IMG/VR virus record: IMGVR_UViG_2912391263_000005 | Coordinates: 1-64,000 of that record | Reading direction: 5' to 3' (one strand) | From: a virus | DNA length: 64,000 bases | Part shown: piece by piece, positions 1-9,208 of the stretch | Layout of the letters: each line of letters opens with the position of its first letter | Position numbering within the stretch: the stretch's first letter is position 1 | Translations under genes and position numbers: made by a program | The notes under the pieces: generated by a model | What the model was told of the DNA's origin: nothing | The model's input: only the letters and a program-made list of their open reading frames with translations | Databases searched by the model: none

Positions 1-1146
1 TTACAGTTTTTCTATATCTTCTTTCAATTTTTCTTTTACTCCTTTTGTCACATGCAAATAAATTTTTTCAGTGATATCACTATTTTCGTGACCAACGCGA
101 TCCTGAATGGCATACAGAGGAGTTCCTAGTTCCGCTAATTTTGAAATATGGGTATGTCTAAAAATATGTGAACTAAGTTTTTTATCAATCTTCATGTCAG
201 CTTTATGACTTCTCAAATAGGTGTTAATTGCTGTTAGTTGGAAAGGAGTTCCTTTCGTTGTTTGAAATAGAAATTGACCATTTGGATTTAATTCTAGAAG
301 CTCATTGTAAATAGCTATCGCTTTTTTTGGTAAATCAATTTCTCGCATTCCGGCAGCTGTTTTTGTAGAATCAGATTTTTTCATATCAGCTATTGAACGT
401 TCTCTATACATCATCGTCCCATTTATAACTACTGATGCATTATTATTGGTAATGTGTACATCATCTTTACTTAATGCGATTGCTTCACCAGACCTCATCC
501 CAGTCAAATATAGCCACTGGAAAAGGAGAGAATATCTTTTATTGTGTGAAGTTGTGAAATCTACTAGTCTATTATATTCATCATCTTCTAAAAATTTATC
601 TTTAATTTTTATCGTTTTTGACTCTCTTTTATAATCAATAACTACTTCATCGATAGGATTTTTTTCTACATAACCTTTTTTCATAGCATATGAAAAAAGA
701 AGATTCAATTTGGATTTAATTACACTGACGTACTTATTTGACAAGTCATCTTTATATATCATGTCTTCAAAAATATTATTCAAATCTATTGTATTAATAC
801 CAGAAACGATGTAAGTCTCAGGTATCTTCTTCTTTATAGTGTTTAATATATTATTCGTAGGATAATATGTAGATTCCTTAACTTGTCTTTTGTATATAAC
901 TAACCATTCTTCAACAAGCTCATGAAATGTTAGATCAGGCTTATGAAGTGTTTTTTCGTTTAATTTTATATCAATTTTTTTATTTAACTCTAGCAATGCC
1001 ACTTTCTGAGTTTCTCGAGATTTATTTTTATAAGTAATGCTCACTTTTTTTCTTTTTCTAGTTTTTGGATCAATATATCGCTCATTATATTTATATACTT
1101 TTTTTCCGTTTTTATCAGTTTTAGTTTCGATCCACATTGTTTTCAT
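1..1146 (-). CDS. int: phage tyrosine integrase / site-specific recombinase
   Basis: 381-aa ORF. The C-terminal catalytic region (HTHISKLAELG...VGH...IYLHV) is typical of tyrosine recombinases. The stop codon TAA (complement) sits at 1-3. It is the first gene of the lysogeny module, transcribed leftward. Confidence 0.9.
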   Translation of the reverse strand: MKTMWIETKTDKNGKKVYKYNERYIDPKTRKRKKVSITYKNKSRETQKVALLELNKKIDIKLNEKTLHKPDLTFHELVEEWLVIYKRQVKESTYYPTNNILNTIKKKIPETYIVSGINTIDLNNIFEDMIYKDDLSNKYVSVIKSKLNLLFSYAMKKGYVEKNPIDEVVIDYKRESKTIKIKDKFLEDDEYNRLVDFTTSHNKRYSLLFQWLYLTGMRSGEAIALSKDDVHITNNNASVVINGTMMYRERSIADMKKSDSTKTAAGMREIDLPKKAIAIYNELLELNPNGQFLFQTTKGTPFQLTAINTYLRSHKADMKIDKKLSSHIFRHTHISKLAELGTPLYAIQDRVGHENSDITEKIYLHVTKGVKEKLKEDIEKL

Positions 1147-1252
1147 CTCCTATTTGTTGCTATAATAGGAATAGATAAGTAAGCCGATTATAGCAGGTTT
1201 ATTTTTCATCACGTCCACAAACTTTGGCGAGGGAGGGGCGTGTTTTTGTTAG

Positions 1253-1819
1253 TTATTGTGGTAGGTTATCTAAAGCGTATTGTGCTTGCTCATTTGTAAA
1301 ACCTTCAAATATAAGTTGATCGTACAATTGCGAATCTGACATTGATGCCCAATCATCGTAACTTTCCGCTTTAGCCAAAGCTTGTTCGTTGTAATCGACA
1401 TCAACATTAGCCAGCGCATAATCGATTGCATCACTTGGATATTCTTCAAACTCTAGTTGTTCACGCAAACCTTGTTCAGACATACCAGCCCAACCTAGAT
1501 AGCTTTCAGCTTTGCTCAATGCATTTCTGTATTCACGAGGAACACTTTCTTCTTGAGTAACTTCTTCTATAGTAGTTTCAGTAGTTTCAGTTTCTTCTTC
1601 AACGACTGTAGATTCTGCTACCGATTCTGCAGAAGACACTTCTGTCACGCTTTCTTTAGTTGTTTCAGCGACGGTATTTTTAGCATCATCACTGCCTCCT
1701 TGCGAACCTATAGCAATAAACACCACAACAACCGCTAACAACCAAAACCATACCCGTTTATAAAACGGTTTCTTAACTTTATACATTTTCCCATCTTGAC
1801 CCATAACTTTTTTTGCCAT
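1253..1819 (-). CDS. Ltp-family (host cell surface-exposed lipoprotein-like) membrane protein, superinfection-exclusion candidate
   Basis: N-terminal TM helix (WFWLLAVVVVFIAIG). Two tandem Ltp-type repeats follow (YRNALSKAESYLGWAGMSEQGLREQL... and EQALAKAESYDDWASMSDSQLYDQLIFEGFTNEQAQYALDNL). It sits between int and the repressor. Confidence 0.7.
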   Translation of the reverse strand: MAKKVMGQDGKMYKVKKPFYKRVWFWLLAVVVVFIAIGSQGGSDDAKNTVAETTKESVTEVSSAESVAESTVVEEETETTETTIEEVTQEESVPREYRNALSKAESYLGWAGMSEQGLREQLEFEEYPSDAIDYALANVDVDYNEQALAKAESYDDWASMSDSQLYDQLIFEGFTNEQAQYALDNLPQ

Positions 1820-1954
1820 TTAAATATCCCTCGCTTCTTGTTATAATATATTTGTGATCTCAGAAATGAGGTATGAGTCCGTGTTGCAGCACGGGCTTTT
1901 TTCTTTATAACTTTTTTAGAGATTATAGGCAAAATAGTAGGGCATAAAAATGTA

Positions 1955-2608
1955 TTATTGAATTCCGTATTTAGAAAATCCTAATTGAACTTCACCGGAA
2001 GTCTTTTGCTGTGTTGTACGCAATGCTTCTTCTTCAGACATTCCATTCTGTACTTTCCATGCAACAGGCGACATCCCGTATTTGTTAACAAAATCAGTAA
2101 GTGATAAAGTGTCAGCGTCTTGCTGAGCGCTTGTTTGTTGGTCTTCTGGATTCTGTTGAGATGCTGCTTGTTGTTCTTTCTGATCTTGACTGATAATATT
2201 GCCAGCATCATCTGTAGTCAATCCATTTTCATAAAGGGCCACGCCGAAAGCTTCCCACTCTTTGTTGGACCAATTTGCACGATCAGCTGGAGTTGACTGT
2301 AAAGTGCGTTGTTTCATCTGTTCATATGTTTCTTCTTGAGGTGCGGTTTGGATTGTACTCTGACTGGAGCTTATAACTGTTGGGCTAGGTTCCGCCGTAG
2401 CTTGGTTGGAGCTTGTAACTGTTGAACTAGAATCTGTTTTAGATGTAGATTTGCTAGTAGATGAACTGGTTTCAGTTGTTTCTTTTGTTTTACTTATTTT
2501 TGTTTCTTGGTTAGAAGTGGTATCTGTTGATTCAGCTTTTTTATTATTTGAACAAGCTGAAAGTAGCAGAGCAGTACTTAACAACAACATAACGCTAACT
2601 TTTTTCAT
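1955..2608 (-). CDS. prophage lipoprotein (Ser/Thr-rich linker, C-terminal globular domain)
   Basis: Signal peptide with a lipobox (LLLSAC). Long S/T-rich low-complexity region. Moron position next to int. Confidence 0.6.
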   Translation of the reverse strand: MKKVSVMLLLSTALLLSACSNNKKAESTDTTSNQETKISKTKETTETSSSTSKSTSKTDSSSTVTSSNQATAEPSPTVISSSQSTIQTAPQEETYEQMKQRTLQSTPADRANWSNKEWEAFGVALYENGLTTDDAGNIISQDQKEQQAASQQNPEDQQTSAQQDADTLSLTDFVNKYGMSPVAWKVQNGMSEEEALRTTQQKTSGEVQLGFSKYGIQ

Positions 2609-2657
2609 TTTATAATTCCTCTTTCTCGTTGTAATATGTGTGCTAACACGGGCTTTT

Positions 2658-3086
2658 TTATATAAGAAAACGATAAGCGCTTTCTGGAAGCCCGTAAAGA
2701 TTCTTTAATTCCTCGATTTTTTTAGGATATTGATCATTATCTTCTTTATAAAGAGAAACAATGAGATTAGCAGCAAAGCAATTAGCTTCGCTTTCAGATT
2801 TGCTTCTAGATGTTCTTGTTGATACATAATAGCTGGATAAGCCACGATGAAAAATAGCGTGACCTAATTCGTGAGCGCAAATGTAGAATCTTTCCTCAGA
2901 GTCTCGCAGTTCATCATTTAAAAAGATTATCGCACGATCTCTAATTTCTTGAAACTGCCCCTTGGGATTCTCGATAAAAGGAACGTATTGAATTTTAATG
3001 CCCATCTTTTCACAAATATAAAAAGGATTAGCGGACTGGTATTTCCGCTTCAACTCCTCGACTAAATTAATCGTATCCATCTCCAT
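2658..3086 (-). CDS. ImmA/IrrE-family metallopeptidase (anti-repressor protease)
   Basis: HEXXH motif in the context YICAHELGHAIFH. Directly downstream of the XRE repressor in the same operon. Confidence 0.8.
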   Translation of the reverse strand: MEMDTINLVEELKRKYQSANPFYICEKMGIKIQYVPFIENPKGQFQEIRDRAIIFLNDELRDSEERFYICAHELGHAIFHRGLSSYYVSTRTSRSKSESEANCFAANLIVSLYKEDNDQYPKKIEELKNLYGLPESAYRFLI

Positions 3087-3090
3087 AAGC

Positions 3091-3465
3091 TCACATCTTT
3101 TTGCCTTTTTCTTTGTCTTCTTTCACAATATCCCAGAAAGTCGCTATCAGGATATCTTTTACGCGCTGTATTTGTTCGGGTGTCAATGTTTCCCCACCAT
3201 AAGACATATTAACATTTGAGTCTAGTAGTTTATCAAGTTCAACCACTTCCTCTTTTGTAGCCCACTTGGGAACATTATTATTTCCCAATAAATAATCAGT
3301 TGTGACACCAAAATAATCAGCAACTTTCTTTAAGTTCTCAGATTTTGGCGAGGCTTTATCCCATCTTCTTATTTGTCCATTAGAGATGCCCACCTGTCTT
3401 TCTACTTCTGCTATAGTCACATGCTTTTCGTCTGCTAATTCTTTAATCTTAGTAACTAAACTCAT
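3091..3465 (-). CDS. XRE-family HTH repressor (cI-like)
   Basis: HTH_XRE pattern (VTIAEVERQVGISNGQIRRWDK). Likely ATG start at 3465 (complement) with an AAAGG RBS; the ORF table extends it to a TTG at 3474. Divergent from cro. Confidence 0.8.
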   Translation of the reverse strand: MSLVTKIKELADEKHVTIAEVERQVGISNGQIRRWDKASPKSENLKKVADYFGVTTDYLLGNNNVPKWATKEEVVELDKLLDSNVNMSYGGETLTPEQIQRVKDILIATFWDIVKEDKEKGKKM

Positions 3466-3523
3466 TATTATCAACCTTTCAAAGCTGAAAAGAAAATAAA
3501 TAGCTTAAAAGTTATATTTTTGG

Positions 3524-3552
3524 TTGACAATTAGCTTTTAAGCTAGTATATT
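3524..3552 (+). promoter_or_regulatory. sigma-70-like promoter (rightward, toward cro) with operator in the spacer
   Basis: TTGACA at 3524-3529, 17-nt spacer, TATATT at 3547-3552. The palindrome at 3532-3545 lies inside the spacer. Confidence 0.45.
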
Positions 3553-3684
3553 TAATTCGTAAGCTAAATTGTTAGCTAAATAAGAGCAACAAAAAACTCT
3601 ACTAATTTAAAACATTCTCTCGGTCGCCAAACTTAGAAATGTTATTTTAGAGGCTTTTTATAAGTCTTATTTAACTATGTATTC

Positions 3685-3713
3685 ATAATAGCTTAAAAGC
3701 TAATAGGTGTCAA
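3685..3713 (-). promoter_or_regulatory. sigma-70-like promoter (leftward, toward repressor) with operator in the spacer
   Basis: On the minus strand: TTGACA (3713-3708), 17 nt, TATTAT (3690-3685). The palindrome at 3689-3702 overlaps the spacer and -10. Confidence 0.45.
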
Positions 3714-3768
3714 CGATTTAGCTAATTTTTTAGCTTACAAATTATTTGTTTAGAAAGGAGCTATTTTT

Positions 3769-3954
3769 ATGTCTGAGAATTTAGACTTAAAAATTCGAGC
3801 GGAGATGAGAAAAAGAAGAATGACTTTCAAAGAACTAGCTGCGCTTATCGGTATTTCAGGAGCTTATTTATCAGATATTCTAAACGGCAATCGTGATGGA
3901 AAGAAAGCACAACAGCATATCGAAACAGTGAAAAAAATATTGGACATCCGATAG
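3769..3954 (+). CDS. Cro-like XRE HTH regulator
   Basis: 61 aa. HTH (MTFKELAALIGISGAYLSDILNG). RBS AAAGGAG. First rightward gene of the switch. Confidence 0.75.
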   Translation: MSENLDLKIRAEMRKRRMTFKELAALIGISGAYLSDILNGNRDGKKAQQHIETVKKILDIR

Positions 3955-3966
3955 GGGGGGTAGGCG

Positions 3967-4215
3967 ATGACAAAACTAAAAAAACAAGATTTTGTAAAAA
4001 AATATAATTATTCTCCATCTACTTATCAACGTCGAATGTCGGAACTAAAAAATACAGCAATTTTCTCAGCGGCGTATGAACGGGTCACAGGACAAGAAGT
4101 TTGGATCAATACAGAATTATACGATAAATTTTTGTCTTTCAAATCCTATAACAGGTTACGCACAAGAAAGGTAACACCTAAAGAATTTATCGAGAAGCAT
4201 TTAGTTGATTTATAA
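3967..4215 (+). CDS. small DNA-binding-like phage protein (excisionase-like?)
   Basis: 82-aa basic protein following cro. No recognisable catalytic motif. Confidence 0.35.
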   Translation: MTKLKKQDFVKKYNYSPSTYQRRMSELKNTAIFSAAYERVTGQEVWINTELYDKFLSFKSYNRLRTRKVTPKEFIEKHLVDL

Positions 4216-4246
4216 AAAACAGAACATTTTGAGAGGTGAAGGTTAA

Positions 4247-4417
4247 TGGGTAAATTCAACAGAGCATTAGTATTCAGCGCACCGCTAATCGTCTATGCTT
4301 TAGGGCTTTGGGGAAGTAGACAAGCGTTGATAGGAACGATTGTGTACATGGTTTGGATTTTTATAGGGCTGGATGAAGCTGAGTACAAAACAAAAAAGCC
4401 AGTCGGGAGGGACTGAC
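4247..4417 (+). CDS. small membrane protein (about 56 aa)
   Basis: Not in the ORF table (under 60 aa). Strong RBS GAGAGGTGAAGG before ATG 4247. One hydrophobic helix. Confidence 0.3.
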
Positions 4418-4517
4418 TAATGAGTAAGGACGATATTGTATTTCTGTTAATTATGTTTTGTGGGATTGGATCAATAATAATTAATTTGTATTTGATTATT
4501 AAAGAAAAATTTTTCAA

Positions 4518-5000
4518 TTAAAATGAGTCTTTTAGCTTTAACTTAAATTTTTTTTGATAATTAGCTGTTCTTATGACCATTACAAGTTTTTCACCAGGTA
4601 ATATATCTTTCATATCTAAAACTTCTGAAAAAGCGACTGAGTAGCCAGGAGAGATTGCTTGTGCCAACGGTATAGGAGATAAAAGGCTACTTTTATGAAT
4701 GCTTCCCATATCAAAACCATTGGCGTGATAATGTGAACAATTAATTTTCTTACCGTTGTAAAGATACGTACATTCGATAATTGAGTTTGGCATTTTTGAT
4801 GGGTTTGCAATTACGCCAGTAAGAATCATTCGATTACTTCTATCATGCTTAACTAAAAAATAGGAGAGCGTAATTTTTCTTTTATCTTTAAATAAGTTAT
4901 AGAGGGATAAAAAAAATCCTGAAATAGAAATGATTAAAGTAATAGCGACTTGGTAATCGCTCAAAATTTTTATCAAGTAATTCACCACCTTTTTACTCAA
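4518..5000 (-). CDS. membrane-anchored hypothetical protein, reverse-oriented moron in early region
   Basis: 160-aa ORF opposite to the early operon. N-terminal TM (VAITLIISISGFFLSLYNLF). Own leftward transcription unit. Confidence 0.5.
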   Translation of the reverse strand: MSKKVVNYLIKILSDYQVAITLIISISGFFLSLYNLFKDKRKITLSYFLVKHDRSNRMILTGVIANPSKMPNSIIECTYLYNGKKINCSHYHANGFDMGSIHKSSLLSPIPLAQAISPGYSVAFSEVLDMKDILPGEKLVMVIRTANYQKKFKLKLKDSF

Positions 5001-5143
5001 ATTATATCAAAAAGGAGAGAAGAAATAATGCAAGAATTAGTAATTTTGAAAAATAAAAAAAGACACGAACGCCGGCAAGCATGATCGTGTCAGGGAAATA
5101 AACTATCTTTCTATATTTTACCACAGAAAGGAATGAACCGTAA

Positions 5144-5461
5144 ATGCTAATTGCAACGGATACACTAGACCGCATCTTTTTAAAAGACGAATACAAACTG
5201 CGCAATATAGATGCGTCAGGAATTTTAGTATTTGATCTTTATGACAATGGAAAAATTGGTATCTATCAAGCAAGTGATATTGAAGAAACAAACCTTGCTT
5301 TCGAACAAATTGATGATTCTGTGGAATTGGATTTAGATGAGGCAATCCTAGCTTTTGAACAAATTGCAAAATTATTAAAGGAGGCACAAAAGAATGGCAA
5401 CTCTTTACCAACTCAGCGAGTCATATATCAAAGTCCTGGAACTGGCAGAACAATTGGATGA
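5144..5461 (+). CDS. hypothetical phage protein
   Basis: 105-aa acidic ORF with an internal LAFEQI duplication. Overlaps the next gene start. Confidence 0.4.
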   Translation: MLIATDTLDRIFLKDEYKLRNIDASGILVFDLYDNGKIGIYQASDIEETNLAFEQIDDSVELDLDEAILAFEQIAKLLKEAQKNGNSLPTQRVIYQSPGTGRTIG

Positions 5462-5873
5462 AGAAATTCTTCGCGATACTCTCGATTCGATTAATGAAGC
5501 GATCGAGTATAAGGCAGAAAACTTAGCAAAAATAGTTAAAGAAGTAGAAGGGAAAGCTGAGTTAATCGATAGTGAAATTAAACGTCTGCAGGAACGTAAG
5601 ACATCGCTTTTGAACAATGCTAAGAGTATCAAGCACTATTTACAAGAGGAAATGGAAAAGACTGGTAAAACGAAGATTAAAGGTGAATTATTCAACATTG
5701 GAATTCAAAATAATCCAGTATCGGTCAATGTAATCAATGAGAACTTAATTCCAAAAGGATTCTTTACCCCTGTGCCTCCCAAATTGGATAAAAAGCAATT
5801 GAAGGAGGAACTGAAGCACGGAGATATTCCTGGTGCTGAACTCGTCCAAACAAAAGGTTTGAGGATAAGATGA
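5394..5873 (+). CDS. Siphovirus Gp157-family protein
   Basis: 159 aa. Coiled-coil N-terminus and Gp157-like architecture common at the start of Firmicute phage replication modules. RBS AAGGAGG. Confidence 0.6.
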   Translation: MATLYQLSESYIKVLELAEQLDEEILRDTLDSINEAIEYKAENLAKIVKEVEGKAELIDSEIKRLQERKTSLLNNAKSIKHYLQEEMEKTGKTKIKGELFNIGIQNNPVSVNVINENLIPKGFFTPVPPKLDKKQLKEELKHGDIPGAELVQTKGLRIR

Positions 5874-5889
5874 TGAAGGAGGAGAAATA

Positions 5890-6066
5890 ATGGAACACGA
5901 AAACGTAAAAGACGCTTTGAAAGCTGCTATCGAAATCGCGGAAGCTAAAGGAATAAAGGTTGACGGCAAACCAGCAACTGTCCATGACATTCAAAATTTG
6001 ACGAAAGAACATCTTTATTTTATCGCCGACTTGCTTGGTTTGTCGGAATTGTATTTAGACAAATAA
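5890..6066 (+). CDS. small hypothetical protein (58 aa)
   Basis: RBS GAAGGAGGAG, ATG at 5890. Not in the ORF table. Confidence 0.35.
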   Translation: MEHENVKDALKAAIEIAEAKGIKVDGKPATVHDIQNLTKEHLYFIADLLGLSELYLDK

Positions 6067-6090
6067 CCCCACACGGAAGGAGTGGCTAGG

Positions 6091-6261
6091 GTGGTTGTAT
6101 TACAAGTAATAGTCTGCGTAACATTCATTTGGTCGTGCATACCGGTTTGTATATATATCATGAAGAAGCTTCGCCCTGAGTCTTACAAATTATACGCAAT
6201 TTACAGCATAACAGTAGCTCTTGCATTTACATTGTTTGCAATTTCTAGGCTTCCGTTTTAA
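6091..6261 (+). CDS. small membrane protein (56 aa, GTG start)
   Basis: RBS AAGGAG. Two hydrophobic segments. Confidence 0.3.
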   Translation: MVVLQVIVCVTFIWSCIPVCIYIMKKLRPESYKLYAIYSITVALAFTLFAISRLPF

Positions 6262-6322
6262 TCGTGGGAATGAATTTTTAATGAACTAAATTATCTATAA
6301 AGCAAAAAAAGGAGAAACAACA

Positions 6323-6754
6323 TTGAAAAACAAACTAGCAAAAACAACAGCAATCATCGGACTAGCACTAGGTAGCGGCGTTATCGGCTACGCAGCAAGC
6401 AATGCGTTTCAAGATTTGGACACGATCAAAGCAAATTTCAACACAGTCCTACAATACGGTCAAACGAAATCGCAACGTGTGTCAGAACTTGAATCACAGC
6501 TATCCAACAACACTCGCACACAGGAGCAGCTGAAAGCCGAAATTGAGCAAATCAAATCGGACAAGCAGAAGGAAATTGAAGCCAAGCAACGAGAAATCGA
6601 ACAAAAGCAACAGGAGATCGCTACAAAGCAACAGGAAGCCGATAGCTTGCGCCAACAACTATCCACAGTGCAAAACGACAAGGAGCAGTTAGAACAGCGC
6701 GTGAGCGAGTTACGGCAGTATACGGATCAAAAGGTAGGGGAGTTGGGGAAATGA
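6323..6754 (+). CDS. membrane-anchored coiled-coil protein
   Basis: TTG start with RBS AAAAAGGAG. Signal-anchor followed by a Q/E/K-rich coiled coil. Confidence 0.5.
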   Translation: MKNKLAKTTAIIGLALGSGVIGYAASNAFQDLDTIKANFNTVLQYGQTKSQRVSELESQLSNNTRTQEQLKAEIEQIKSDKQKEIEAKQREIEQKQQEIATKQQEADSLRQQLSTVQNDKEQLEQRVSELRQYTDQKVGELGK

Positions 6755-7077
6755 AAGAGTTGACTATTTATGACCCAAATATTTCATGGGCTAAACACAC
6801 AATTAAAGTTTCTTTTATGATTTGGGGTTACAAAGGATATGTTACTTACAAAGTGGGCGGTAACACTAAGGGTTTATCATTAATAGCTATTGATTCAGAT
6901 GATCTATATGATGCTAATTTCGAGGATAACCCAGTTAATTTCCGTGACCTTGATGAAGATTGGTTCTCTATGGAACTTACTAACGATAAAGGCGACAGTA
7001 CACTTGTAGAAGATGAATTCGACAGACTAGGTGATTATATTGTCGGTGTTGAAATTATTGCGCACGAACCAGAGTAG
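6751..7077 (+). CDS. hypothetical phage protein
   Basis: 108-aa ORF, translationally coupled (ATGA overlap). Confidence 0.45.
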   Translation: MKELTIYDPNISWAKHTIKVSFMIWGYKGYVTYKVGGNTKGLSLIAIDSDDLYDANFEDNPVNFRDLDEDWFSMELTNDKGDSTLVEDEFDRLGDYIVGVEIIAHEPE

Positions 7078-7195
7078 GAGAGTGAATACAAAATGATTAA
7101 AAGAATCACTATATCAGTTGAAGAAGATAGTGGATCAACAATGCAGCATACCGACAATCGAAAAACTTTTTTAACCAATAGAAAGGAGAATTTTG

Positions 7196-7882
7196 ATGCA
7201 GATTAAGAAGGCGACGGATATCGAACAAACCAAGGGAACATATTTGATCTACGGTGCTCCAGGAAAAGGTAAAACTTCAACGGCTAAATATTTTCCAGGG
7301 AAAACACTGATCCTTGATATTGATCGGACTTCAAAAGTCCTTAGAGGTGAGAAAAATGTCGATATCGTATATATCGACAACGAAGATACCTGGAACGACT
7401 GGGGCAACACGTTGGCTGATTTAACTACCAATTATGTAGGTGTTTATGACAACGTGGTTGTCGATAATGTCAGCGAATTGGAACGGTGTATTCTGTCCAG
7501 TTTAGGCGCAGAAGGAAAAAACAACGGCGTTCCTTCGCAAGGCGATTATCAATATATGCAATTTAGAATGGTGAACAGCCTACGCTATATGAAAAATTTA
7601 GACAGCAACCTTATCTGGACCGCATGGGAAGAAATCGATTTGTGGACGGATTCGGATGGATCTTCTTACAACATCGCTTTGCCGCAGATCAATCGAAAGA
7701 TTCGAAACAATATTTTGGGATTATGTGACGTTGTTGGTCGATTGATGGTAAAGGAAGACGATGAACGCGGATTTATTTTACAAGCCACAGATTCAACCTA
7801 TGCCAAAAATCAATTGGATAATAGATCTGGCTGTAAGCAAAGTGAGCTGATTTTATATGGAATTGTACGACTACCAGAATGA
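7196..7882 (+). CDS. AAA-family ATPase, Sak4-like (RecA-fold recombination protein)
   Basis: Walker A GAPGKGKT. Length and position next to the helicase. Confidence 0.75.
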   Translation: MQIKKATDIEQTKGTYLIYGAPGKGKTSTAKYFPGKTLILDIDRTSKVLRGEKNVDIVYIDNEDTWNDWGNTLADLTTNYVGVYDNVVVDNVSELERCILSSLGAEGKNNGVPSQGDYQYMQFRMVNSLRYMKNLDSNLIWTAWEEIDLWTDSDGSSYNIALPQINRKIRNNILGLCDVVGRLMVKEDDERGFILQATDSTYAKNQLDNRSGCKQSELILYGIVRLPE

Positions 7883-9206
7883 TTTAGTCGATCGTGCAAG
7901 ACAAGCCTATGTTGATGGTTACAAGGCACCATGTATCGTATCACCGTGCGGTTCTGGAAAATCAGTCATGGTTGCAGAGATCGCTAAACGAACCACACGA
8001 AAAGGCAACAGAGTGTTGTTCTTGGTCCATCGTCGTGAATTGATTGATCAGATCAAAGATACGTTTCAAAAGATGGGCGTAGATAATCAGCTTGTAAATT
8101 TCGGCATGGTTCAAACAGTCGTACGACATCTTAAAACCATCAAGAAACCACAACTGATCATCACTGACGAAAACCATCACGGGTTAGCAGCGTCCTACAG
8201 AAAAATCTATGAGTATTATTCGGACGTTCCGCGATTAGGTTTTACCGCGACACCCATCCGGTTAAACGGTAGTGGGTTGGGGGATGTGAACGACTTGCTA
8301 ATTGAAGGAGTATCGGCTAAATGGTTGATTGAGAATCATAGATTAGCTCCTTATGAATATTATGCACCTAAATTGATCGATACAGCCGAATTAAAGAAAG
8401 CTTCGACTGGAGATTTTACAAAGAAATCAATGGATAAGGCAGTGAAGAATACTATTTATGGCGACGTGTTGAAACATTATAAAACGTTAGCAGAAGGTGA
8501 ACAGGCAATAGCATACTGTCACAGTATCGATGCAAGTAAACACACTGCTGAAATATTCAACGATGCTGGTTATAAAGCAACACATATCGATGCAAAAACT
8601 CCAAAAGATGAACGTGCAGATATTATCGAAGCGTTCAGAAATCATGAAATTAAAATCCTATGCAATGTTGATTTGATCGGAGAAGGGTTTGATGTTCCTG
8701 ATTGTTCGACTGTAATTATGTTGAGACCTACTCAATCGTTATCATTGTACATTCAGCAATCGATGAGGGGGATGCGTTACCGACCAGATAAAACGTCAAT
8801 CATCATTGACCATGTGGGTAATGTGAACCGTTTTGGATTGCCTGATATGGATCGTGAATGGAGTTTAGATACAAAAAAGAAAACAAAAACTGATAGTGAT
8901 TTATCTATCGTTCAATGCGCGTTTTGTTTTGGTGCTTACGAACGGCCAAAAGGCGATAATATTTGTCCGTATTGCGGAGAGTTGCAGCCGATTGAAGAAC
9001 GAAAGTCAGAGTTAGAAATCGATGAATCGGCTGAATTAATGAAAGTCGGAGAAACGAAAATTACTTTGAATTTTGAGAACAATAAATATTACAACATGAC
9101 GGAAGATGAAGCAGAAAGTATAGAGGACTTATATGCCATAGCAAGAGCTAAAGGATTTAAACCTGGTTGGGCTTATATGGCTGCTAAGAGGAAGGGGTGG
9201 TTGTAG
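7857..9206 (+). CDS. SF2 DEAD/DEAH-box helicase with C-terminal Zn-ribbon
   Basis: Motif I GSGKS, motif II TDENHH. CxxC...CPYC cluster near the C-terminus. Confidence 0.8.
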   Translation: MELYDYQNDLVDRARQAYVDGYKAPCIVSPCGSGKSVMVAEIAKRTTRKGNRVLFLVHRRELIDQIKDTFQKMGVDNQLVNFGMVQTVVRHLKTIKKPQLIITDENHHGLAASYRKIYEYYSDVPRLGFTATPIRLNGSGLGDVNDLLIEGVSAKWLIENHRLAPYEYYAPKLIDTAELKKASTGDFTKKSMDKAVKNTIYGDVLKHYKTLAEGEQAIAYCHSIDASKHTAEIFNDAGYKATHIDAKTPKDERADIIEAFRNHEIKILCNVDLIGEGFDVPDCSTVIMLRPTQSLSLYIQQSMRGMRYRPDKTSIIIDHVGNVNRFGLPDMDREWSLDTKKKTKTDSDLSIVQCAFCFGAYERPKGDNICPYCGELQPIEERKSELEIDESAELMKVGETKITLNFENNKYYNMTEDEAESIEDLYAIARAKGFKPGWAYMAAKRKGWL

Positions 9207-9208
9207 GA

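Larger units (their letters stand above)
3499..3716. promoter_or_regulatory. genetic-switch intergenic region with 14-bp palindromic operators TAGCTTWWAAGCTA
   Basis: Perfect palindromes at 3532-3545 and 3689-3702. Imperfect copy at 3501-3514. Extra AGCTAA half-sites around 3561-3578 and 3718-3738. Confidence 0.6.

Noticed and set aside
1885-1912. Hairpin ccgtg-ttgcag-cacgg plus TTTTTT, and a similar sequence at 2640-2662
   Set aside because: The T-runs follow the hairpins on the plus strand, whereas the flanking genes are minus-strand. Possibly bidirectional or relic terminators. Not called as features.
3499-3740. CRISPR-like array suggested by repeated TAGCTTAAAAGCTA
   Set aside because: Only 3 copies. 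They are palindromic and irregularly spaced, and they lie between divergent HTH regulator genes. These are operators, not CRISPR repeats. No CRISPR array was seen anywhere in the window.
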